DNA from: Vicinamibacterales bacterium
GTDB lineage: Bacteria > Acidobacteriota > Vicinamibacteria > Vicinamibacterales > 2-12-FULL-66-21
Direction: 5' to 3'
NCBI GenBank assembly: GCA_036496585.1
Contig: DASXLB010000004.1
Coordinates: 112,929 to 176,928 of the forward strand
Length of the DNA: 64,000 bases
The notes beneath the pieces were generated by a model that was given only the letters and a program-made list of their open reading frames with translations, did no database searches and was not told the DNA's origin. Shown here piece after piece: positions 40,287 through 52,507 of the stretch. The stretch's first letter is position 1, and each line of letters opens with the position of its first letter. The translations under genes and the position numbers were made by a program.

Positions 40287-42767
40287 ATGCGCTACGCCCT
40301 CCGCACGCTGCTCAAGAGCCCGGCCTATGCCGCGGTCACGATCCTGACGCTCGCCCTCGGGATCGGCGCCAATACCGCCATTTTCAGCGTCGTCAACGGC
40401 GTGATGCTGAAGCCGCTGCCGTACCCCAGGCCGGACCGCCTGATGCTCCTGACGAGCACCTTCCCGAATCTCGGGTTCGACCGCTTCTGGATTTCGCTGC
40501 CGGAGTGGGCGGAGTTCAAGGAGCGCAACAGGTCGTTCAAGGACGTCGGCGCCTACCGTGACGGCTCCGTCAACCTCGGCACGCCGGAACAGCCGCGGCG
40601 CGTCAACAGCATGGTCGTCACGCCCGAATTGATCGACGTGCTCGGCGTGCCGTCGCTGCGCGGCCGTACGTTCAACGCCAACGACTCGGCCCCCGGGGCC
40701 GAGGGCGTCGCCATCCTGTCCTACGCCGCCTGGAAGAGCAACTTCGGCGGCGAGGAGAGCGTCGTCGGCCGGGTCGTCCAGATCGACGGCGCCCCGACCC
40801 GCGTCGTCGGCATCATGCCGTCCGGCTACGACATCCACGACGAGCGCGTCGAGGTGATCCTGCCGCTGACGATCGACCCGACGACCTTTGCGAACCGCCG
40901 CGGCAGCCACTTCCTCTACATGATTGGCCGGCTCAAGGACGGCGTCAGCGCCGGCCAGGCACAAGCCGACCTCGATTCGATGATTACGCAGTGGCGCGGG
41001 CTGAGCGGCAATAAGCATTCGCCGACCCCCGGCACCCTGCCGCCGGGCGTCACCACGGGTGTGCCGTTCGTGCACCTCATCCAGATGCATCCGATGAAGT
41101 CCGACATGGTCGGCAGCATCGCCACCGCGCTCTGGGTGCTGCAGGGAGCGGTCGGCTTCGTCCTGCTCATCGCCTGCGCCAATCTCGCCAACCTGATCCT
41201 CGCGCGGGCGGAGTCGCGGCAGAAGGAATTCGCGATCCGTTCGGCGCTCGGCGCCGGACGCGGCCGCCTGCTGCAGCAGTTCCTCACCGAGGGCGTCGTC
41301 CTCGCATTGATCGGCGGCGCCCTCGGCGCCGGGTTGGGCTACGCCGGGGTCCGCGGGTTGCTCGCCGCGAATGCCGACAGCATTCCGCGCGCGCTCGAGA
41401 TTTCGCTCGACTGGAAAGTGTTGGTGTTCACCCTGGTAGTGTCGATCGTCACCGGCCTGGTGTTCGGGATGGCGCCGCTGCTGCACCTACGCGAGCAGGT
41501 CGTGTCGCTCACCCTCAAGGAGGGCGGTCAACGCGCCACCGCCGGTTCGGCCCGCGCCCGCGTGCGCAGCGGCCTGGTGATGGCCGAAGTCGCGCTCGCA
41601 GTGGTGCTCGTCGTCGGCGCCGGCCTGCTGGTGCGCAGCTTCCAGAAGCTGATGACCGTTGATGCCGGCTTCAATCGCGACCGGCTGACGACGTTCGGCA
41701 TCGTGCTGCCGCCGTCCACCTACAAGAAGGCGGAGGATCGGCTTGCCTTCTTCAACCGCCTGCAGGATCGACTGCGCGAGTACCCCGGCGTGACCGCCGT
41801 GGCCTCCATGTCGGGATTGCCGCCGAACCGGCCGGTCAACGCCAACGACACGGACTTCGACGACTACACGGCGCAGCAGGGGCAGCCGGCCGAGAACGTC
41901 GACTACTACCAGGCCGTCAGCCTCGAATACCTGAAGACGATGGGGATTCCGATCGTCAAGGGACGCGGCTTCGACACGGCGGACGTCAACGGCGCGCCGG
42001 TGCTGCTCGTCAACGAGACGCTGGAAAAGACGTTCTATACGTTCCGCGGCCTCGAGGCGGTCGGCCACCGCGTCAACGTCTTCACCGGCCAGGGGCCGAA
42101 GGGGATCACGCAGTTCACGATCACCGGCGTCGTCCGCGACGTGAAGCAGGGCGGCATGGCGAGCAAGACCGGCACCGAGCTCTATTTTCTCAACGAGCAG
42201 GGGCCGCGGCTCACGGGCTTCGCACCGACCAGCATGAACGTCGTGATTCGTTCGGTCGTGCCAGAGGGGGCGCTGGCGCAGGAGATTCAGCGGTCCGTGC
42301 GCGCGCAGGACCCGACGCTGCCCATCGTCAAGCTGCGGACGATGGACGAGGTATTCGCCGATGCCGCGTCGCGGCCGCGCTTCCTCGCCGAACTGCTCGC
42401 GATCTTCGCCGGCCTGGCGCTGGCGCTGGCTGCGATCGGCACCTACGGGATTCTGTCTTACTCGGTGAGCGAGCGGACGCGCGAGATCGGCATCCACATG
42501 GCGCTCGGCGCGACGCGCGGCAGCGTGCTCGGGATGATTCTCGGGCAGGGACTGCGTCTCACCATCGTCGGCCTGGTGACCGGGCTCGTCGCCTCGTTCG
42601 GCCTGACGCGTCTGCTGCAGGCACAGCTCTTCAACGTCAAGCCGACCGACCCGGCGACCCTGACCGGCGTCGCCGTCTTCATCGCGATCGTGGCGTTCAT
42701 CGCCTGCTACGTGCCGGCGCAGCGGGCGACGCGCGTCGACCCGATGGTGACGCTGCGCGAGTCGTAG
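40287..42767 (+). CDS. ADOP-type (MacB-like, duplicated FtsX) permease
   Basis: Within track ORF 40242..42767. ATG 40287 gives MRYALRTLLKSPAYAAVTILTLALGIGANTAIFSVVNGVMLKPLPYP, the canonical ADOP N-terminus. There are two FtsX blocks (…CANLANLILARAESRQKEFAIRSALGA… and …SVSERTREIGIHMALGA…). Confidence 0.93.
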   Translation: MRYALRTLLKSPAYAAVTILTLALGIGANTAIFSVVNGVMLKPLPYPRPDRLMLLTSTFPNLGFDRFWISLPEWAEFKERNRSFKDVGAYRDGSVNLGTPEQPRRVNSMVVTPELIDVLGVPSLRGRTFNANDSAPGAEGVAILSYAAWKSNFGGEESVVGRVVQIDGAPTRVVGIMPSGYDIHDERVEVILPLTIDPTTFANRRGSHFLYMIGRLKDGVSAGQAQADLDSMITQWRGLSGNKHSPTPGTLPPGVTTGVPFVHLIQMHPMKSDMVGSIATALWVLQGAVGFVLLIACANLANLILARAESRQKEFAIRSALGAGRGRLLQQFLTEGVVLALIGGALGAGLGYAGVRGLLAANADSIPRALEISLDWKVLVFTLVVSIVTGLVFGMAPLLHLREQVVSLTLKEGGQRATAGSARARVRSGLVMAEVALAVVLVVGAGLLVRSFQKLMTVDAGFNRDRLTTFGIVLPPSTYKKAEDRLAFFNRLQDRLREYPGVTAVASMSGLPPNRPVNANDTDFDDYTAQQGQPAENVDYYQAVSLEYLKTMGIPIVKGRGFDTADVNGAPVLLVNETLEKTFYTFRGLEAVGHRVNVFTGQGPKGITQFTITGVVRDVKQGGMASKTGTELYFLNEQGPRLTGFAPTSMNVVIRSVVPEGALAQEIQRSVRAQDPTLPIVKLRTMDEVFADAASRPRFLAELLAIFAGLALALAAIGTYGILSYSVSERTREIGIHMALGATRGSVLGMILGQGLRLTIVGLVTGLVASFGLTRLLQAQLFNVKPTDPATLTGVAVFIAIVAFIACYVPAQRATRVDPMVTLRES

Positions 42768-42778
42768 CGTCCCGCTAC
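42764..42778. terminator. Short hairpin GTAGCG-TCC-CGCTAC containing both convergent stop codons
   Basis: 6-bp stem with a 3-nt loop. It includes TAG 42765-42767 (plus gene) and CTA 42775-42777 (minus gene). Weak, so function is uncertain. Confidence 0.2.
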
Positions 42779-45276
42779 TCGTATCGCAGCGCGCGCATCG
42801 GATCGATGAGCGAGGCGCGGCGCGCCGGCACGAAGCCGGCGGCGAGGGCGACCATCGTCAGCAGCGCGGCCGAGATGGCCAGCACCGCCGGATCCCATGC
42901 CTTCAATTCGAACAGGATCGAGCCGGCGCTGTAGCCGACGCCGACGGCGCCAGCGAGCCCGATGAGACCGCCGATCAGGGTCATCCACGCCACCTGCCGC
43001 AGCACCATCGTGCGGACGCGGCCGGGGCCGGCGCCGAGCGCCATGCGCAGCCCGATCTCGCGGGTCCGCTGCGACACCGTGTAGGCGAGCACGCCGTAGA
43101 GGCCGACCGCCGCCAGCAGCGTCGCCAGCCCGGCGAAGAGCGACGACAGCGTCGTCATCATCCGGTCGAGGAACGTGTTGTCGCGCACCTGCTGGGTGAG
43201 CGTCTTCAGGTTTTCCATAGGCAGGTTCGGATCGAGGCGCTTGACCGCGGCGGTGACCGCGGCCGCGAACGTCGCGGGATCGGCCGACGTGCGCACGTAG
43301 ATCGAGGCCGATCCCATGGCCTGGTCCTGGCGATACGGCTTGAAGAACAGCGGCGGAATCTTGCGCTTCACCTCGCTGTACTTGGCGTTCTGCGCGATGC
43401 CGACGATCAGCGTGTCGAGCTTGCTGCGATAGCCCTGCCCAGAGCCCATCATCTTGCCGACGGCGTCGCGCCCGAGGCCGAACTTCCTGGCGAACTCCTC
43501 ATTGACGATGGCGACCTGTTGCGCGCCGCGCACGTCGGCGTCGGTGAACTCGCGGCCGGCCATCATCGGGATTCCCATGGCCGAAAAATAGCCCGGCCCG
43601 ACTTCGTTGAAGCGGGAGTTGCTGTCGGTATCGGGACCGGCGTCGAATCCCTGCACGGCGACGTCGTTGCCCCAGTTGCTGCCCGAGAGGACCGGTACCG
43701 TCGAGAGCGTGACGGCGGTGACGCCGGGCAGCGTCCGCACTTCCTCCTCGACGCGCTGGAAGAAGAGGCGCGTGCGCTCGGTCGTGTAGCCGCTCAGCCG
43801 CGGCGACAGGCTGAAGGCGACCACGTTGTCGATCTTGATGCCGAGATCGACGCGGCTCACCTGGATCAGGCTCTTGACGAAGAATCCCGAGGCCGCGAGC
43901 AGCAGCATCGATAGCGCGATCTGCGTGGTCGCCAGCGCGAGGCGGAAGCGCGCCGCCCCTTTCGCGCCGGACGGCTGCCCGGCCTGCCCCTTCAGCGTCG
44001 AGACGAGATCGGGCCGCGTGCTGTGCAGCGCCGGGAAGAGCCCGAACAGGAGTCCGGTGCCGATGGTCAGCAGGCCGGCGAACGCGATCGCGCGTCCGCT
44101 GAGCGTGAACGCCATCGTCTGCGCCACTTCAGCCGGCATCAGCGCGAGGATCAGAGCCAGCGTGCCCTTGGCGACGAAGAGGCCGGCGACGCCGCCGAGC
44201 AGCGCCAGCAGCAGCGACTCAATCAGGAGCTGGCCGATCAACCGGCTGCGGCTCGCGCCGATCGACAGCCGCACCGCCATCTCGCCGGCGCGCGCCGCCG
44301 AGCGCGCCAGTAGCAGGTTGGCGATGTTGGCGCAGGCGATCAGCAGGACGAAGCCGGTGACGCCGAGCAGCAGGTAGAGCGGGGTCGAGGCCTCGCGGCG
44401 CACGCTGCTCTGGCCGAGGCCGCCGGGTTCGACGAGCACGTGCTTGGCCCTGAACTTCGTCATCGTCGCGTCGCTCATGCCTTTCTGCAGCGGCGCCTCG
44501 ACGTCGTTGACGATCGCGTGGTACTGCGCGTCGAGCGTCTGGCGCGCCCCCTCGACGGCGGCGCCGGGCCGCATGCGCGCGAAGAGATAGAGCGAATAGT
44601 TGGAGCGGTTGTCCCAGGCACGCCAGCCCGGGTGCATCGCGCTCCGCAGCGTGATCGGCACGAAGACGGCCGGCCGGGCGCCGAGCGTCGTCCCGTCGAA
44701 GCCGCGCGCCGCGACGCCGACGATGGTGAGCGTCTGGCCGTTGACGATCATCGTCTGGTTGAGCACGTTCGGATCGCCGCCGAACTTCGACGTCCAGTAG
44801 TCGTGGCTCAGGACCGCGACCGGCGCCTCGCCGACCAGGCGATCGTCGTTCGAATCGAACAGCCGCCCGAGAGCAGGTCGTGTCTGCAGCACCTGGAAGT
44901 AATTCCCCGAGACCATCAGTCCTTCGCCGTTGAGCGTCTGGCCCGCGAACGACATGTTGGCGTCGAAGAGCAGATGCGCCGCGACGCCGGTGAACACCGT
45001 TTGCACCTTCTGCAGATCGCGAAACATCGCGTAGCTGAAGACCGTGTCGCAATCGCCTGCCTGCCCGCAGTTCTGCGAGCCGGGTTTGGGGCCCGGCGCC
45101 GAGAGGTTGACGAGCTCGGCCGGGCGCGGCACCGGCAGCGACTCGACCAGCATCTGGTTGAAGCAGGAGTAGATGGCCGCGTTGGCGCCGATGCCGAGCG
45201 CCAGCGAGACGATGGCGATGGCGGTCACGAACGGAGTCTTGAAGAGCGTCCGCAGGGCGTACTTGAGGGAGGACAT
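42775..45276 (-). CDS. ADOP-type (MacB-like, duplicated FtsX) permease
   Basis: 3' part of track ORF 42775..45762. ATG 45276 gives MSSLKYALRTLFKTPFVTAIAIVSLALGIGANAAIYSCFNQML. Two FtsX blocks (…ANIANLLLARSAARAGEMAVRLSIGA… and …VSQRTREIGLRMALGA…). Confidence 0.93.
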   Translation of the reverse strand: MSSLKYALRTLFKTPFVTAIAIVSLALGIGANAAIYSCFNQMLVESLPVPRPAELVNLSAPGPKPGSQNCGQAGDCDTVFSYAMFRDLQKVQTVFTGVAAHLLFDANMSFAGQTLNGEGLMVSGNYFQVLQTRPALGRLFDSNDDRLVGEAPVAVLSHDYWTSKFGGDPNVLNQTMIVNGQTLTIVGVAARGFDGTTLGARPAVFVPITLRSAMHPGWRAWDNRSNYSLYLFARMRPGAAVEGARQTLDAQYHAIVNDVEAPLQKGMSDATMTKFRAKHVLVEPGGLGQSSVRREASTPLYLLLGVTGFVLLIACANIANLLLARSAARAGEMAVRLSIGASRSRLIGQLLIESLLLALLGGVAGLFVAKGTLALILALMPAEVAQTMAFTLSGRAIAFAGLLTIGTGLLFGLFPALHSTRPDLVSTLKGQAGQPSGAKGAARFRLALATTQIALSMLLLAASGFFVKSLIQVSRVDLGIKIDNVVAFSLSPRLSGYTTERTRLFFQRVEEEVRTLPGVTAVTLSTVPVLSGSNWGNDVAVQGFDAGPDTDSNSRFNEVGPGYFSAMGIPMMAGREFTDADVRGAQQVAIVNEEFARKFGLGRDAVGKMMGSGQGYRSKLDTLIVGIAQNAKYSEVKRKIPPLFFKPYRQDQAMGSASIYVRTSADPATFAAAVTAAVKRLDPNLPMENLKTLTQQVRDNTFLDRMMTTLSSLFAGLATLLAAVGLYGVLAYTVSQRTREIGLRMALGAGPGRVRTMVLRQVAWMTLIGGLIGLAGAVGVGYSAGSILFELKAWDPAVLAISAALLTMVALAAGFVPARRASLIDPMRALRYE

Positions 45277-45326
45277 GGCCTGTTGGACGAGACCACGGGT
45301 CCCGAAGTTTACCGGCGCCGGCGGTG

Positions 45327-46337
45327 CTATTCCGGGAGCGTCGCCAGAATCCGCTTGGGATCGATGCGCCAGACCGTGCCCCCGCGAAGGTTGGTCAGCC
45401 ATACCCAGCCGCCGCCGGCCCGTATCGAGTCCCCCCCGTCGCCGAAGAACTGCTGTGCGACCTTGTTGGTGGACGGATCGATCCTGGTGATCGGGTACTC
45501 GAAAACCGTGGCCCAGACGGAGCCTTCGCCCGCCGAGATTTCGCCGCCGCCGCCGGGGATGCCCGCCTCGATCGTCGCGGCCACCTTGTTCGTGTTCATG
45601 TCGACGCGCGTGATCGATCCGTCCCCCTGGTTGAGCGTCCAGACGGCGCCCTCGCCGACGGTGAGGAAGCGCGGCTTCGGGCCGACCGGGATGGTCTCCT
45701 CGATCACGTTGGTCTGCGCGTTGACGCGCGTCAGCAGGTTCTTCTCCGAGCTCGTCACCCACACGGCGTTGCCGCCGAACGCGACGGCATATGATCCCGG
45801 CGCGACATTGATCTCGGCGACGACCCTGTTCGTCGCCGGATCGACGCGTGCCAGCGTGCCCAGCTTGTCGGTCAGGATCCAGAAGCTGCCGGCGCCGGCG
45901 GCAACGCCCCCTTCGGAATCACCGATCGTCACCGGGAAGGTCGCCTGCGTCTTGCCGTCCTTCAGATCGAGCCGGCTGACCGTGGAGTCACCGCAGTTGG
46001 GCACCCAGAGCGTGCCGAACGCCGCCGCAAGCCCCGAGCAGGGGGCCTTGCCGACCGCAAACGTCGTGACGGTGTCGCTTGCCGGATCGAGCCGCGAGAC
46101 GGTGTTCTTCGGTTCGTTCGACACCCAGAGATCCTTGTCGGCCGCCATCCAGTCGGGCGCGCCCGGCACCGCGTAGACGGCCGCCGGTTTCAGTTTCGTG
46201 ATTGGGATGCGAACCCCCGGTGTCGCGACACCGGGACGCTTGGGCCGCGCCGGCGCGGCGGCCGGTTGGGCGGGCGTCTGGGCCAGTCCGAGCAACGGCG
46301 CGCAGAGGCAGGCAGCGAGAAACGGCAGTTTGCGCAT
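45327..46337 (-). CDS. Secreted beta-propeller repeat protein (YVTN/Vgb-like repeats)
   Basis: Track ORF 45327..46385. Start set to ATG 46337 (MRKLPFLAACLCAPLLGLAQ). Repeated units: TVSRLD, LARVDPATNRVVAEI, LTRVNAQTNVIEETI, ITRVDMNTNKVAATI, ITRIDPSTNKVAQQF. Confidence 0.8.
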   Translation of the reverse strand: MRKLPFLAACLCAPLLGLAQTPAQPAAAPARPKRPGVATPGVRIPITKLKPAAVYAVPGAPDWMAADKDLWVSNEPKNTVSRLDPASDTVTTFAVGKAPCSGLAAAFGTLWVPNCGDSTVSRLDLKDGKTQATFPVTIGDSEGGVAAGAGSFWILTDKLGTLARVDPATNRVVAEINVAPGSYAVAFGGNAVWVTSSEKNLLTRVNAQTNVIEETIPVGPKPRFLTVGEGAVWTLNQGDGSITRVDMNTNKVAATIEAGIPGGGGEISAGEGSVWATVFEYPITRIDPSTNKVAQQFFGDGGDSIRAGGGWVWLTNLRGGTVWRIDPKRILATLPE

Positions 46338-46387
46338 GGCTTCAGGTGCGAACTGCGGCATAATAGCCCCTCTTTCCACCGGCACGC

Positions 46388-49483
<3,096 letters not shown>

Positions 49484-49510
49484 CTGCGGATTGCCAACAG
49501 CCAACTTTTC

Positions 49511-50944
49511 ATGCACAAACTCCGCGCGCCGGTGACCCGCCGCCAGGCCCTCTGCACCATGGGCAACGGCTTCGGTCTGCTCGCGTTCGCCAGCCTGGTC
49601 GGGCGTTCGCTCGACCTCGCCGCGCAGACGCCGGGGCTCCATCATCCCGCCAGGGCCAAGCATGTCATCTTCCTGTTCATGAACGGCGGCCTGTCGCAGG
49701 TCGACAGCTTCGACCCGAAGCCGATGCTCGAGAAGTACAACGGCCAGCCGCTGCCGGGCGGTGCGGTGGCGACCGAACGGCGGACCGGCGGTTTGATGAA
49801 GTCGCCGTTCGCGTTCAAGCGGTACGGCAAGAGCGGGCTCGAGGTCAGCGAGCTGTTTCCGATGGTCGGCGAGCACGCCGACGACATCTGCGTGATCCGG
49901 TCGATGTACACCGACATCCCGAACCACGAGCCGTCGCTGCTGATGATGAACACCGGCCACACGCAGGTCGGCCGTCCGTCGATGGGGGCCTGGCTGACCT
50001 ACGGGCTCGGCACCGACAACCACAACCTGCCCGGCTTCGTGGTCCTCTGTCCGGAGACGCCGACCACGGTCGGATCGCCGCTCTGGAGCAGCGCCTTCCT
50101 GCCGGCCGTGCACCAGGGCACCTTCATCCGCGACAAGGTGGAGAAGAAGGATCAGATCGTCGAGAAGGACTTCGACCCGAAGACGCTCGTCTCCTACGTC
50201 AGCAACGACAAGTTCACGCTCGACGAGCAGCGGCGCGAGATCGATCTGGCGGCCGCGCTCGACAAGCTGCGCGCCGACCGCGAGCACATCGCCGATCCGC
50301 AGCTCGAGGCCGCCATCAGCTCGATGGAGGTCGCTTACCGGATGCAGACCGAGGCGCCGGAGGTGTTCGACATCCGCAAGGAGAGCAAGGCGACGCTGGA
50401 GCTCTACGGCCCGGGCAGCACCGCGCGCAGCTGCCTGATGGCGGTGCGCCTCGTGCAGAAGGGGGTGCGGATGGTGCAGGTCTACTACTCGTCGGGCGAT
50501 CCGTGGGACGCGCACGGCGATCTGTACTCGCAGCACCGCAAGCCGGCCTTCGACTCCGACCGTCCGTTCGCCGCCGTGATCAAGGATCTCAAGTCGCGCG
50601 GCCTGTTCGACGAGACGATCGTCGTGTGCGGTTCGGAGTTCGGCCGGACGCCGGTCGCCGAAATCGGCTCCGGCGGCGGCGGCTTCAATGCCGGCCGCGA
50701 TCACAATCCGTTCGGCTTCTCGATGTGGCTCGCCGGCGGCGGATTCAAGGGCGGGACCGTCTACGGCGCGACCGACGACTTCGGCTTCAAGGCGATCGAG
50801 AAGCCGATGCACGTGCACGACCTGCACGCCACCATCCTGTATCTGCTGGGCATCGATCACACCAAGCTGACGTATCGTTACAGCGGCCGCGACTTCCGGT
50901 TGACCGACGTCGCCGGCACCGTCGTCAAGGAGATCCTCGCCTGA
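49511..50944 (+). CDS. DUF1501 domain protein (sulfatase/alkaline-phosphatase-like fold), TAT signal
   Basis: 477-aa track ORF. VTRRQALCTMGNGFGLLAFASL, then HVIFLFMNGGLSQVDSFDPKP and CGSEFGRTP...GRDHNP, typical of DUF1501 partners of DUF1553 proteins. Confidence 0.9.
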   Translation: MHKLRAPVTRRQALCTMGNGFGLLAFASLVGRSLDLAAQTPGLHHPARAKHVIFLFMNGGLSQVDSFDPKPMLEKYNGQPLPGGAVATERRTGGLMKSPFAFKRYGKSGLEVSELFPMVGEHADDICVIRSMYTDIPNHEPSLLMMNTGHTQVGRPSMGAWLTYGLGTDNHNLPGFVVLCPETPTTVGSPLWSSAFLPAVHQGTFIRDKVEKKDQIVEKDFDPKTLVSYVSNDKFTLDEQRREIDLAAALDKLRADREHIADPQLEAAISSMEVAYRMQTEAPEVFDIRKESKATLELYGPGSTARSCLMAVRLVQKGVRMVQVYYSSGDPWDAHGDLYSQHRKPAFDSDRPFAAVIKDLKSRGLFDETIVVCGSEFGRTPVAEIGSGGGGFNAGRDHNPFGFSMWLAGGGFKGGTVYGATDDFGFKAIEKPMHVHDLHATILYLLGIDHTKLTYRYSGRDFRLTDVAGTVVKEILA

Positions 50945-50946
50945 TC

Positions 50947-51552
50947 ATGACTGCTCGAGACCCGCGCATCGACGCCTACATCGCCAAGGCACGGCCGTTC
51001 GCCCAGCCCATCCTCGCGCGCATCCGCAAGGCCGTGCACGCCGGCTGTCCCGACGCCGGCGAATCGATCAAGTGGGGGATGCCGGCCTTCTCCTACAAGG
51101 GGCCGCTCGCCGGCATGGCCGCGTTCAAGGCCCACTGTGCGCTCGCCTTCTGGAAGGCGTCGCTGATGCAGACGGTGCCGCAGGCCAAACGCCGGGAAGC
51201 GATGGGACAGTTCGGCCGCTTCGAGTCGATCGACGACGTGCCGTCCGAGCGCGCGCTCGTGAAGATGGTGAAGGAAGCGGTGGCGCTCAACGAGTCGGGC
51301 GCCAGGGTCGTGCGCCGGCGCGCCGCGCCGAAAGCGCCGCCGAAGGCGCCAGCCGACCTGCTCGCCGCGCTGAAAAAGCATGGCAAGGCGATCGCCGCCT
51401 GGACCGACTTCCCGCCGTCCCATCAGCGCGAGTACGTCGAGTGGATCACCGAAGCCAAGACCGAGGCCACACGAGCAAGGCGCCTCGAAACGGCGGTGGC
51501 CTGGATCGCCGAAGGCAGGGGACGCAACTGGAAGTACGAGCGGGGCCGATGA
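50947..51552 (+). CDS. DUF1801 + YdeI/OmpD-associated family protein
   Basis: In track ORF 50503..51552, with ATG 50947 2 nt after the DUF1501 stop. N-terminal IKWGMPAFSYKG...FKAHCALAFW, and C-terminal PPSHQREYVEWITEAKTEATRARRLETAVAWI. Confidence 0.8.
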   Translation: MTARDPRIDAYIAKARPFAQPILARIRKAVHAGCPDAGESIKWGMPAFSYKGPLAGMAAFKAHCALAFWKASLMQTVPQAKRREAMGQFGRFESIDDVPSERALVKMVKEAVALNESGARVVRRRAAPKAPPKAPADLLAALKKHGKAIAAWTDFPPSHQREYVEWITEAKTEATRARRLETAVAWIAEGRGRNWKYERGR

Positions 51553-51610
51553 ACGATGACGGCCGACAGCTCACGGCAAACTGCTGACTGCTAACTGACG
51601 AGGAATCCCG

Positions 51611-52138
51611 ATGAAGCACACGATCGTGACCTTGGCCCTGGTGTTCACCGCTGCCACCGCCTTCGCGCAGAATCCCGTCAGCGACGTGCTCCGGAACAAC
51701 TGGAACAGCGTCAAGAAGAACATCAAGGAATCCGCCGAGATGATGCCGGAGGAGCACTACGGCTTCAAGCCCACTCCGGACGTCCGCAGCGCCGGCGAGA
51801 TTCTCGCCCACGTGGCTGGCGCCAGCTACGAGTTCTGCGCATCGGCGAAGAACGAAAAGGCGCCGTTCCACGAGGACTCCTTCGAGGGCAAGATGACGAC
51901 CAAGGCGCAGATCGTCAAGGTCACCAACGACGCCATCGCCTATTGCGACGCGGCCTTCGCCGCGGTGACCGACGCCAATGCCGGCGAGAAAGTGCAGGCC
52001 GCGTTCGGCGGCACCGGTCAGACGACGCGCGCGGCGTCGCTGGTCGGCCAGATCGGCCACGACAACGAGCACTACGGCAACCTGGTGACCTATTTCCGGC
52101 TGAAGGGGTTGGTTCCCCCTTCGTCGCGGCGGCAGTAG
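51611..52138 (+). CDS. DinB family protein, secreted
   Basis: 175-aa track ORF with GAGGAA SD. Signal peptide MKHTIVTLALVFTAATAFAQ. DinB-like His pattern (ILAHVAG...GHDNEHYGNLVTY). Confidence 0.82.
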   Translation: MKHTIVTLALVFTAATAFAQNPVSDVLRNNWNSVKKNIKESAEMMPEEHYGFKPTPDVRSAGEILAHVAGASYEFCASAKNEKAPFHEDSFEGKMTTKAQIVKVTNDAIAYCDAAFAAVTDANAGEKVQAAFGGTGQTTRAASLVGQIGHDNEHYGNLVTYFRLKGLVPPSSRRQ

Positions 52139-52140
52139 GC

Positions 52141-52156
52141 CGTCGCATTGGCGACG
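52141..52156 (+). terminator. Hairpin CGTCGC-ATTG-GCGACG immediately after the dinB-like stop
   Basis: 6-bp perfect stem, 2 nt after TAG 52136-52138, followed by the T/A-rich TAATAT. Small stem, low confidence. Confidence 0.3.
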
Positions 52157-52162
52157 TAATAT
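52157..52162 (+). promoter_or_regulatory. -10-like box TAATAT, 6 nt upstream of ATG 52169
   Basis: The sequence reads TAATAT AGCGAC ATG, with no SD. Confidence 0.42.
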
Positions 52163-52168
52163 AGCGAC

Positions 52169-52507
52169 ATGGCTCCACTCATCCACGCCATGACCACCAC
52201 CGCCAACGCCCTGGACGGCTACCGCACGACGAAGTCGCTCGGAATCGTCCGCGGCATCACCGTGCGATCGCGCTCGCTGATCGGGTCGATTGGCGCCGGC
52301 CTGCAGACACTGGTCGGCGGCAACATCACGCTGCTGACCGAGTTGTGCGAACTGGCGCGCACCGAGGCGTTCGATCTGATGCTGCAGCACGCCACCGAAG
52401 TCGGGGCCAATGCGGTCATCGCCGTCCGCTACGACGCGACCGAGGTGATGAAGGGGGTGACTGAGGTCCTGTGTTACGGAACCGCCGTCATCGTCGAACG
52501 CACGTAG
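52169..52507 (+). CDS. ybjQ: YbjQ family (UPF0145, heavy-metal-binding-domain-like) protein
   Basis: 112-aa track [33 protein letters not shown]...[23 protein letters not shown] is typical of YbjQ. Confidence 0.85.
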   Translation: MAPLIHAMTTTANALDGYRTTKSLGIVRGITVRSRSLIGSIGAGLQTLVGGNITLLTELCELARTEAFDLMLQHATEVGANAVIAVRYDATEVMKGVTEVLCYGTAVIVERT

